A DNA stretch of 64,000 bases from Lophium mytilinum (taxonomy: Eukaryota): positions 507,560 through 571,559 of the forward strand of contig MU004202.1 of NCBI GenBank assembly GCA_010093605.1. Direction: 5' to 3'. Below are positions 53,803 to 64,000 of the stretch, piece by piece. Made by a program: the position numbers and the translations under genes. The stretch's first letter is position 1. Each line of letters starts with the position of its first letter. The notes beneath the pieces are model-generated. The model saw nothing but the letters and a program-made list of their open reading frames with translations. It was not told the DNA's origin and did not search any database.

Positions 53803-54263
53803 CACTGCTACAGTCCAGGTGTCCTGATGGAGTTGCAAAAACACCATCGAGATTAGAGGTCGTTGTGGCATTGAGCACTAGGAATCAGGGTGGATTACAG
53901 GTCGAATTGGGTTAGCGGATGATGTAGACGGCCTTCCGAATTTGCGCCGCGCGATTTCATGGTAGAGTTACATGAGTTTGGGCCCTCACTGCGACTGCTT
54001 GGTGTGTCCTAATCGTTTGCGAAATCCGAAATTCGATAAAAGACTCCACGAAGCGAGAATAGGGCTACCGTTTGACCAATAGAAACATGTTGGTAAGGGA
54101 ACAGCTTACAGTGGTGCCTAGACAGAAAGAAAGGAGTCAAAGCACATTGTTCGTCGCTATCATCATCGGTAATCAGGCTACCTTCTGGTCAAGCCAGGAT
54201 ATGATAGCTAGAGTACCCCTCCCACGGTGGCCCCAAAACATGATCTGTATCGAGCCGGCGGCT

Positions 54264-56534
54264 TTATTGATTGCATTTGCACGGCGTCCAAATAAACGGG
54301 CAGGCTGAGAAGGTGTTCAGTAGGGCTCGCGCATCAGGTCGCTCTTCTCGTGTCACGCCAATCATCGGCGCGATGAACCGCGGAAACACGTCGAACCCGG
54401 GGACGGTGATGGTTCTAAACCAGAGCTTGATCCGCTCAGTGACACGGCTGTATATTAGAATGTTGCGCGCCGCGGCAGCGCCTGGGCTATAATGGTATTC
54501 TTCATCTTCCTGTACATGTTTCAATAAGAAATCATGGAACTCGCTGATGGACTTGTGGTGGTGCGAGACTGAAAACATTTCAGCGAACACGCAGCCGAGG
54601 GAAAAAATGTCTGTGCCTCGACCATGCTTGACCAAGGATTCGTCCACAAAGTTGTTGAGAACCTCGGGCGCTGCGTACATCGCTGATGTCCGCGCTGGTT
54701 CCTCGGTGGATGTGGTTTGGCCAACGACAAACCGGGAAGAAGAGCTGAAATCAGTGAAGAAGATTTGTGATCCACGGTGGACAATGTTAGATGGCTTGAT
54801 GTCTTGATGACGAATGCCTTGGTCGTGCATATAGACAAGCGCAGATATCAAGCACGAAAACCAGCGTCGGAGCCACCGTTCCTCTTCTAACGTGGGTCTT
54901 CTTTCTCCAACCTCATCTAAGAACGCTGAGAGGTCATTTTCACCGACTGGTGACATCAACAGGCAGTAAAACTCTTTTTTCTTTTGGGTGAGGTCCTCAT
55001 ACGAGCCTAGAATCTGCACAACATGGGGATGGCATAGGTCCTCCAAGACTTTAGCCTCTTCTTGAATAATTTGCAGTCGTCTCTTGCGCTGATGATATGG
55101 AAGCTGGACACGCTTTCTAACGAAGGTCTCGAAGCCAGATTCGGCAACTCGAACTTCTTCGACCACCCCAAGGGAACCGTGTCCGAGGTGGCTACATACA
55201 ATGAAAGAAGTCTTCGAACCCGGACTGAGAACACTGTGACCTATGGTGAGACCGCACCGGAACGCGACATCATCGCGAGTCCTCGATTGTAAAAGTCCAG
55301 TCCCGGAGTTGCTCTTATAATCCGGGTAGAGTGAGTGCGGAGAAGAGCGACCCGTGCTGCTGGATGTCCATTGTGCGGAGGGTGACCCCTCCTTCGGTGG
55401 CTGTGGAGGTATTAAAGCATTTTGATCGTGAGATGTAGACGTTGGATCGCTTGCCACTTCGTCTCGCTCAGAGGATCGAGTTCCAGAGCTTTCTTTGGAT
55501 ATGTTCCTTCGTAAAATTCTCCAACCATGTTTCGTGTATGGCATTTTTGTGGCACGAACACTGTCAGCCTCGGATTGGGCTTGGGACTGCCGAGGTCGTC
55601 GTTGGACGTGCTCTCTCTCGGTTTGAAAAGACTTCTTCGAGACATTGGCGCTCTCCTGGGATTGTGAAGATGGTATGAAATCATTTGCGACGAGTTCTCC
55701 ATTGCTAGGTTTGAGGGCTTCTGTGGGTTGTGCGTAAGGCAGTCGGCGTAATGGATAGTCAATATCCTCGTCTCCATCCGTGATATTAGCGTTCGGGGTA
55801 CCGTACGCAGCCTCAAGACTCAGATCTCCCGACAGCAGCTTATGAAGCATACTGTCGGATTCAATATCCTGCTTCGCGGATCTTTGCTTCTGCGGGGAGA
55901 CGGAATCAGCACCCAGAGCCCGGAGGTTTGGCAATGCCCGTGAAGGGGAGCGTTTGTTGTAATTCACTCTCGGCTGGCTTCTCGCCTGGCTAGTTTCTCG
56001 TTCCTTGCTCCTTCGTCTGGCGGGAAGCAGCTTCGCGTATTCGACCTTCAATAGGCGCCCAAGGATCTCCCAGTTATTCATGGTATTGATTACGTGAGCC
56101 GCCTCCTCAGCGCTCAGGAATTCGGCAACTGCATGACCGCTAGACAGGCCATGTTCCTCTTGATAGTTGAAGGCGTATGGTCGTGGAAGTCCCTCAGTTT
56201 CCATAATCTGCAAAAGATGGTCTTTTGAGACAATAGAACGCAGATCCTTAAAAATGATACTAGTACGTACTATTTTGCTATCAAGTGCAAAAGCTTGACC
56301 GTCGACCATCTGTGTCCGATGGGGCGGGATCGGTGGACTTGGCGCAAGCTCATGCCTCGTCGGTTCTTGAAGATCATTCCAAGGGATGTTCAACGCATGT
56401 GTGAGGCCAGCGTCTATTGGCGACTGAGCGAGCTGGCCATCACTGCTGTTGGAGTGCTGTCCGGCCGGATTTCTCGAGATTTTGCTTAGGTCTACCATAC
56501 CCCAATTCCTCGAGAGTTTGGGTCGATCTTCCAT
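54264..56534 (-). CDS. Ser/Thr protein kinase with an N-terminal Pin4/Cip2-type RRM
   Basis: RRM-like TSIIFKDL...LPRPYAFNY...GHAVAEF.SAEEA..VI..MNNWEILGRLLKVEYAKLLP (~56020-56265); kinase LGHGSLGVV, FVRK, HQDIKPSN, DFS, YAAPE, DIFSLGCVF (~54290-55200); one uninterrupted ORF. True start uncertain. Confidence 0.85.
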   Translation of the reverse strand: MEDRPKLSRNWGMVDLSKISRNPAGQHSNSSDGQLAQSPIDAGLTHALNIPWNDLQEPTRHELAPSPPIPPHRTQMVDGQAFALDSKIVRTSIIFKDLRSIVSKDHLLQIMETEGLPRPYAFNYQEEHGLSSGHAVAEFLSAEEAAHVINTMNNWEILGRLLKVEYAKLLPARRRSKERETSQARSQPRVNYNKRSPSRALPNLRALGADSVSPQKQRSAKQDIESDSMLHKLLSGDLSLEAAYGTPNANITDGDEDIDYPLRRLPYAQPTEALKPSNGELVANDFIPSSQSQESANVSKKSFQTEREHVQRRPRQSQAQSEADSVRATKMPYTKHGWRILRRNISKESSGTRSSERDEVASDPTSTSHDQNALIPPQPPKEGSPSAQWTSSSTGRSSPHSLYPDYKSNSGTGLLQSRTRDDVAFRCGLTIGHSVLSPGSKTSFIVCSHLGHGSLGVVEEVRVAESGFETFVRKRVQLPYHQRKRRLQIIQEEAKVLEDLCHPHVVQILGSYEDLTQKKKEFYCLLMSPVGENDLSAFLDEVGERRPTLEEERWLRRWFSCLISALVYMHDQGIRHQDIKPSNIVHRGSQIFFTDFSSSSRFVVGQTTSTEEPARTSAMYAAPEVLNNFVDESLVKHGRGTDIFSLGCVFAEMFSVSHHHKSISEFHDFLLKHVQEDEEYHYSPGAAAARNILIYSRVTERIKLWFRTITVPGFDVFPRFIAPMIGVTREERPDARALLNTFSACPFIWTPCKCNQ

Positions 56535-57715
56535 ACCGCGCTGATTACTTTTCGGCGTCAAAGTCAAGCTAATGGTAGCAAAAGGATTGAAGTTCTATGA
56601 CAAGGCTTATTGCTTTATATTGGGTCTAGTCGTTCGATCCAAAGATTCCTATCTTGTCGAGGACTCTCGAGATTTCCATCAGTTCTTTCGTGAGCGAGTC
56701 GAAAGGACGGGCGATTTTAAGCTACGGACCGTGACTTCTAGTTGAGTAGTCCAGGATCCTACGCGGGACGTGTAGACGGTGCTCGAAAAGTGTATGATCA
56801 TGCGCGGTAATGTCTTGTTGTTCGAACTTGCTGGGATAGAGAGCGGAGCCTTGCGCTATTCTTTACGCTATGCGGAGTCGTGGACTTCGTGAGACACAAG
56901 GAACCTATCACCGGAACAGCGATGTTGTGCTCTTAGGCAAGAAAGACAGAGCACTACGGAGACAGTAGCGAGAGAGGTGGTAGGGAGAGAAAGGAAGAGG
57001 TTCGCGACGGCGTCTTAGGCCATGCAGGTGGCTAGGATGTTCAGCCCGCAAGCTAAGCCACCACGGCTGCAGCCTTGCAGCACCAACCGCGTGTCTTGTC
57101 TCTAAAAACCAGTCCTGAGGCCGAATCCTTCAGATATTACTGTTCTGTTACCCGACATTCGCAAATCACTTACCCCTGAGAACTGGGAGAAACCCAATAG
57201 ACAGCCTCTATGGCTTAACTAACCGCGACAAGTAGAAGAGTATAAAGACTCATTTTATCAAGCTCTACTACCAGCCTTTCATTGCTGCAGGTAGTCTAAG
57301 CACAAGAATTTTCTCTGCTCCAACTCATTGCTAGACGGGACTCAGTGCGTCAAAAGGCCGAGTAATATCCACTACATCAACACCCCGTATTCTGCGATGT
57401 TCAAGAGCCCATATAGACACCCCACGCAGCCCTGATGAGTGCTTAAGTTCTCTTGCAGCAATATAAATTATATCTACCCACTAACACTAGCTAATACGAG
57501 CAAATGCTAGAATACCCTAGCCCTGTAAGCGAAATCTATTATCTAACCTTAGCGGAACCTCACCTCCTCGAAGCCTATACACCTCAACGCAATCTCTCAG
57601 CAGCCTCTGAAATTCTTCAGCGGGCAAAGCTATAGATCCTTTCCTTCTGTCACTTCCTTCCCCGCCGATCTTCCTACAATCCATCTGATTTCCTAAATCT
57701 GCCCCGCACCCCACC

Positions 57716-59083
57716 ATGCTCGTTCCCCCTTCTCCCCCCTCACCATCCTGCAAGCTAATCCCTACGCCGTCAACTCCGCTCTGATCTCATTTGCTTTTCA
57801 GCATGCCCTCTTCTCCCAGATCCCAGCGGCACGGCGTCTCATCTCCCTCCTAAACAAGCACAGCCCCCTCCACCACGACCGCACCATCGAGCTCCAGCCT
57901 TTATGGCTCTGCTGGGTCGCCACGGGCTCTTGGCCAGATGGCGAGCGCGAGACGGCCAGGGCGGACGAAGAGATCGAGGAGTTGGCGCGCCAGTGGGAGC
58001 AGTCTTGGTGGTATCGCGAATCCTATGCCGCCGATATGACGAATGAGGAGGGCTCTAGGCGGACGTTAGCGGAGTTGGATGATCCGAGGAGGGCACACGT
58101 GGAGAATGGGGCGGCGGTGTGGGCGGAGGGGGGGTTGGTGAGGGCGTTGCAGTTTAGGTATCGGATGCAGCAGGAGGGGGAGGGAAATGGGGTGCCGAGC
58201 TTTGAAGAGACGTTGAAGGCGAGGATGGGGGTGGCCAGGGATCAGCGGATATTATTTCAGACGCTGGCGCAGTCGAAGTTGATGTGGAAGGCTGTGGAAG
58301 AGGGCGCGATTGCGAGAGCGATGGGGGTAGATGAAAAGGATGTGATGTGGTTTGGGAGGGCTGTTGGAGAGACGTTCGTGAAGCGGTTTGAGGAAGGGAG
58401 GATGAGGCCAGTTGTGGGGAGTATCGAAGAGATGTTAAAGACGATTGCAGAAAATACGGGAAGGAACGAACAGGCTAACAAGTGGATGCTGTCGCTGGGG
58501 GAAGAGACAGATGAGATGCCAACTCTTCTCCGCGATCCAGCACCCGTAAAATGCGATCGCTTCGCTAGAAGACCGACTGGGCACAAGGCTGCCGGAGGAT
58601 CATAAGTCGTTTCTACGAATTAGCAATGGTTTTGGCGAATCCTGGAATGGCGCAAGCTTTGATGCTTCGCTCTTTCCGGCAGACGAAGTCAGATTCGACG
58701 ACGACTATATTTTCATGGAAGACACTAGCCTCGATGTTGTTGACTGCCAAATTCATTACTTCATCGACGACTTCGATGCGTGGCCAAGCCTAGGGCGGGC
58801 TGCTCACATCGGGAGAGAGGACACGACTATGTTGTTCTTTCTTCCTCCTGCAACAGTGGCAAAGGCCCGGGATGCGTACCATGCTATTCTCGAAAGCGAA
58901 GACTCGTCAGAGGGGCTGAAGAGAGAGATCACAAATTCGATACAGTCTTTCTGTGGAGATATTCATGCATTCAAGCGATGCGGCTGGTGCGTAGCGGGGT
59001 CTTTTGGTGGAATGGATATGGAGTGCTTTCCGAGCTTTGCGGCATACTTGGCGGAAAAGGGTAGAACTTCTACGGAGCCTTGA
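57716..59083 (+). pseudogene. SMI1/KNR4 (SUKH)-domain gene broken by two frameshifts (pseudogene or assembly errors)
   Basis: ATG 57716 (cacc context) is out of frame at a C6 run (57734-57739) with an open frame LTILQANPYAVNSALISF... that continues into ORF 57982-58605. A second shift at A4 (58548-58551) gives AIASLEDRLGTRLPEDHKSFLRISNGFG, continuous with ORF 58715-59083. Confidence 0.75.
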
Positions 59084-59518
59084 AATGCTGGAGGACTGAA
59101 GAAGTGAGTGAGATCCTGAAGGCAATCTGAGCAGGATGAAAATTGGCTCGTGACTCCTCTCCATGTTGCACGGACTCTCACAAAGTAGCATTGGATCTTG
59201 AACAGTGGCAAGAATGTTCACACATGGTTTTTCAGCTTTAGGACTAGCTCAGAACCTGGACACTCCTTGAAGCTGCTGGATATACCACGATAGGCTTATA
59301 AACTGTTAAATGAGTTGTAAAGGCTATACTACGGAATATCAGACTGCTCCCTGGCGTAGCTTGTAGGAGATAGCCAGGGTGCTCCTTACAGTGGTGCCGA
59401 GCGAGCAAGAGTCGAGCGATATATCAGCGTGCCTGAAATGATGAAATGGTAGTGTAGCTGTACTTTTGCATAGTCCCAGTAATGCCTTGTTGCGTGTGCA
59501 GTGATCAGGACAACCTAT

Positions 59519-61115
59519 CTAGCAATGCCAGCACTCCTGATATTCCTTCAATTCTGCCACCGGCTTTCCCGTTGCCCTTGCAAGAAAGCACAGCATATCT
59601 TCGTCGGCTTGAAATGTTTCCAAGCCAGGACCAAGCCCGCAAGATGACCCATGAAGCGGAACCCCCTCCTTTAGCAACCACTCAACCATGGATTCCAACC
59701 CATTTTCGGCTGCTAGCTTCAGTGCCAGGCCGCTGACTTCTGGTCGTTTGAAATTTGCGACCGGGACAATCCCGTGGAGAAGGCGCAGCATCCCGTTGTG
59801 TTCGAGGAGAACAGCGCCAATGACAGGTGATGGAACCTGAACACGTGTAGTGCTACCTATATTGGAGGAATAAATCCAGGTTGGCACGAAATCATGTAGT
59901 GTCGCTCCATGGTCAATCAATAACGAGCTCATCACAACTTGTCCGCGGAGCAAAGCATTTTCCAGATCATCGTCAGTGGGCCTAACGTGGTTGGCAAGGA
60001 GAAGTCTGACCAGGTCCGGCGTGCCCCAACGGCACGCATGCTTGAGATACATTTCCATTTTCTCCACCAAGGTAGCGGTTGCTAGCCTGTTCGTTTCTTC
60101 CCCGCCAAGGAGCCTCTGAGTAATTGAGATGGTTTCCTTCACGCCTTCGAAAAGAACAGGAGGCGATCGCCGCCTTCCCGCGTCATTGAAAGCAGGATTG
60201 TCGGCGCGCACTGGGCCATTAAGATCCCATAGCTGGACGTAGACGTCCTTGCCCGTCATTCCAGTGGACGCAATTTCGGAATCCAACGATGCGATAGGTC
60301 CGTAGTCTGGAACGCTGACCGATTGATATAAGGGAGCAAGCGCCTCTAGGGCACATTGAAGCATCCTAGAGTCGCAGGACCTGGCTGCTTCTTCGAGAAT
60401 ATCCAACATAGCTTCCTCGTGGTTATAGCTTAGACGGTCGTATGCGAAACTTAGTCCATTCCTGAGGAGATAGTCAACGATATCGTAGTGTCCCTTCCTT
60501 GCGGCAACCCGGTATGGTGAACCGAAGTTTGAACCTTCTTCCAGCACATGTGGTTCGTGTTCACCTGGGCGGTGTGTTCCCATCCGTCGTATCTCGTCGA
60601 CTACAGCTTTGACGACATCAAGAAATCCCATATGCGCGGCCGCGGCCAGAAGATTATTGCAGCCCTCGAATCTGGGTGCGACGTCGTATCTGTCGTCAAA
60701 GTTACAGCACATAAACAGATCCGCCATTACAGTTCGTCGGGTCTTCTCGTCGTTAGATAAACCTCGTTTCAGACACAGCTGCTCCACAGTCCAGCGCATC
60801 TTGCTACTAGCCGCCGACTGCTCCGCCGAAGAGTAGGTCTCACAAAATTGAGGATCCTTGGCTTTCGAGCATATAGAACGAAGCCGTGAAGGGACTGTCA
60901 AGCCGAGACCAAGATGGACAACGCCGGTAACGCATACCGCTTCTTCGACCTCTGATTTCCACAGCTCTGCAACAATCAGTGTCCGGATCTGGATTGGGAG
61001 GAGAGAACTCACTGCTTACAAGCCTCAATCTCAATGACCTTTTGAGGTCACGGACTAAGACGGCCTGTTCAAGGATATTCCTAAGTATCTCGAGTGGGAT
61101 CTTTGCGGCGGCCAT
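59519..61115 (-). CDS. Ankyrin-repeat protein with an F-box-like N-terminus (2 exons)
   Basis: MAAAKIPLEILRNILEQAV..LRLRLVS; intron 60967-61012; ankyrin-like LLAAAAHMGFLDVVK, GSPYRVAARKGHYDIVDYLLRNG, ACRWGTPDLVRLLL, AAENGLESMVEWLLKEG. Confidence 0.88.
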
Positions 61116-62214
61116 AGTGATTGAGGTCGAGCGAGGCTGTCTTTGTGTTCAATCTTTGCGGGCGACGAGGCTTATATACGGCCAAATAAGGGAAGATCTT
61201 GCTGCCTAGCGAGATTTTTTCCAGAGATGTTACACAGCTTGCGGAAATGACATTCAGATGCAGGAATCCCGCATCGTCCGTGTTGGAAAAAGAAAATCCA
61301 TATAACGAAACGCACTCCATTTCGTCGCCACATATCTCGAGAGAGACTCGACAGTACAACTTTACTTCCCTGCGTGCGCCACCAAGATCTCTGGGCTTCC
61401 GCATAGATAGAGCCTGAGGTGCCTGTCTCAGATCGCAGAGCGACGATTGTAGCACCTTTTCTGTGCCTTTCCGTGCCGCCAATAGCGTCTACGCAGCTAA
61501 CCGTGTCTCCAAGAAGTGGGAAATTTCGGACGCTGAGGCGAGAGATTAACAGCACAGTACTACTTCATACCAAAGCCAGGCCTCCTCCATTGGGCTAAAG
61601 TTTGCGATCTGTCACTTCTCGAGGATGCCGGGATCTGCGAAGCAAGCTGCCTGGAAGGTTCGACATTCTCAGCCACCAACAATCTCGGAACGAGCGCTTG
61701 TCTAAATGGCGAATGTGCCGGTACTGAGTGCCGTCGATTTTGAGTGAGCAACCATCTTTTCAAACGGAACATGGAACCTCGATCTCTCAAGGGCAGGGGC
61801 TCGCCAGACTCAAAGGACGTAACCGTACTCGATTTGGTTCCATTGTAATCTTGCCGTACTGAAACCCACTGTCCGTTCACTCCCATTCCTTCCACCAAGG
61901 GCGGATTCGGGCCTAGGAAGTCTTGGGGAGCAAAATCCAAGACTGCAAAGAAGGATTTACCAATGGGGTTCACACCCGATGCGCCATCGGGGAAGCTGCA
62001 GATCGTGCCTGCACAGCTTGCCTATCATATCCATGTGATCGCAATGAGGCGTCATGTCGTGCACCGATTCTGAACTCCAGGATCCTGGCAGCAGTATGAC
62101 TCCACGCTTTCGATCACGACCGTCCTTCATAGTGTCCTATGCGCCGATTCCCAGATGTTCGGTTAGTCTACCCACTACCTCACCGGAAAGCAGGACCCAC
62201 CTCATTCATACATC

Positions 62215-64000
62215 ATGTCTTTCACGAATCTTTCGCTGGAGCTGGTTAGACAGATAGTGGAGCAAGCTGTCTTGGTTTGCGCTGAGGGGGATGAAATGGG
62301 GCGACATGCACTTCATAGGAGGTTCATTGCTGATTCCGCTCCAATTTACGATTCGCTCCAGACATTCGGGCCACCGAGCCCATCTGGCCCAAACAAAACA
62401 AAACGGTCATTTGTGGATAGAGATGTAGGTAAATTGAAGCGAATCTTGAGGTTGAGGTTGGTCAATAGTAAGCTTTCCAGTACTATGCCGCTCAGCCAAG
62501 TCTAATGAAGGCACTCAGAACTGTTTGCACACGAGGTCGAGCAGGCAGTATGCATCACAGGAATCCTTGACCACACTATACGGACGTTCAGAAACCTTCC
62601 CGGCTGGCTGAAGCGTTTGGCTCTGGAGCATGCTGCCATGAAATTGGGGACGAAAAGAAGCCCTGAGTGGACCATTTGAAACCCGCCCCTCATGGTGACA
62701 GCGATTCAAGAGACTTCGAAGTATCTGTGTCTGCAGCGCGGCATCCCGTCAGCGGACCAGGAGGCTCGGGATGCCATTACAAAGGCTGTGTGCTGCTATT
62801 ATGCTGGCATGGAAGGCCACCTCGAACTGTTCAACAGTGGTCCACTCTCCCAGAACCAAATCGCCCCTGGAGTTGACACATCGAACGACAAAAACATGCA
62901 TAGGCTTTTATGCGTGGCGGCATACACAGGCTCTTTCGACCTGTTAAAAATGTTGTGTGAAGAGGCATGTGATGGCAGAATGGATCCCATAGATCTCACA
63001 CACCTCTTGACCGATGTATGCGTCTTGACCGACATGGTCAAACTATCTGCGGCACAGCAACAATATGAGGTTGTGGAGTTCTAATTTCAGGTCCACCCAC
63101 CAGATGCTGCTTTCAAAAGCCATATAGCTTGCGTCATTTGCGAGGCCGCCCGGAACTGCGACTCGAAAATGCTTTCATTAGCCCTACAGCCCCGATGGGG
63201 TTGTCAAATCGACCATCATAGCTCTTCGTGGTTCGAATTCGAGGATGGATTCTCCGACGTCTCTGGAAAGGATTTGTATCGTCAAATCTGGGCCCTTGTG
63301 CTCCGCATAAACATGGAAAGCGACATAGAATGGCCCTGGTATGATTTGGCAGAGCCGAAAGATGCGTTCGACCTCGTAAAGCATACTGTAGCTCTGACGC
63401 GCTATCTTCTCGGCGAGGTTTTGCCCACCGAGGAGCTCTTTCTAAAATACTATCTTCAAGAGGCATGCTGCAGCGGAACGACGAAGCTAGTTAAACTTCT
63501 CCTTGCCCGCGGGGCCAAACCCTGCTGCTTTGATTTAAACTCCGCCATTCGTTCCGGACATCTCGGCATCACGAAGCTTCTTTTGGACCACGGGGTTCGA
63601 ATAGCTCGTCCTCTGGTGGCATACCACGGCTACCAATCCGCAAGTGGCATAGATGGCAGAGAGTCGTATAGAAAAGAGATCATCAACCCTTCCCCGATCA
63701 TCCGCGTCGTTTTACTTGAGCACACGGCTATGCTCTGCCTCCTTCGCAGTTACGGCGTCCGCATAGATCACCCCGAGGTCGGCGGCCTTGCGCTCAAGAA
63801 AGCAGCTGAGCAGGGCTTGGAGTCCATGGTTGAGTTACTCTTGAAGGATGGCGTTCCATTGCATGGGCAGTCGTGTGGGCTCAGCCCACGGGATTGTTGG
63901 GAGGCCGGGGAGGTCAAATTCCGACATGACAGTGTGGGGTCTGTTTTCGCAAAGGTAGCTGGTGTACCCGTGGATGAGCTACCTAACCTTGAGATCTGTC
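62215..64000 (+). pseudogene. Paralog of the 59519-61115 ankyrin gene with two in-frame stops (runs off the window)
   Basis: MSFTNLSLELVRQIVEQAV...LRLRLVN; intron 62468-62518 at the same position and phase as in the paralog; frame kept to 64000 except TGA 62677-62679 and TAA 63082-63084; C-terminal LALKKAAEQGLESMVELLLKDGVPLHGQSCGL. Confidence 0.8.

Overview
Filamentous-ascomycete (Pezizomycotina-type) genomic DNA in two sharply separated compartments. (1) 1-~23870 is a very AT-rich block, rich in TpA and depleted of CpA/TpG, with no ORFs in the track: the signature of repeat-induced point mutation (RIP). It is made of dead Ty3/Gypsy LTR retrotransposons: one complete 7.2-kb chromovirus (15888-23086, 236-bp LTRs, CTCTT target-site duplication), an inverted sister copy with a 706-bp deletion removing the protease, a second Gypsy family, unidentified RIPed sequence and an assembly gap. 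(2) ~23870-64000 is GC-balanced, intron-containing accessory gene space: a HET-domain gene, a pyruvate/2-oxo-acid decarboxylase next to a Zn2Cys6 factor, a small secreted protein, several 2EXR/F-box-like genes (some pseudogenised), a RIPed Fot1/pogo transposon and two MITE-like relics, a TPR-SET protein, and a divergent MFS + SDR pair. The right end is the most interesting part: a Pin4/Cip2-type RRM fused to a DFS-type Ser/Thr kinase, an SMI1/KNR4 (SUKH) gene hidden by two homopolymer frameshifts, and a head-to-head pair of F-box-like/ankyrin paralogs. All calls come from manual reading and motif recall; no searches were run.
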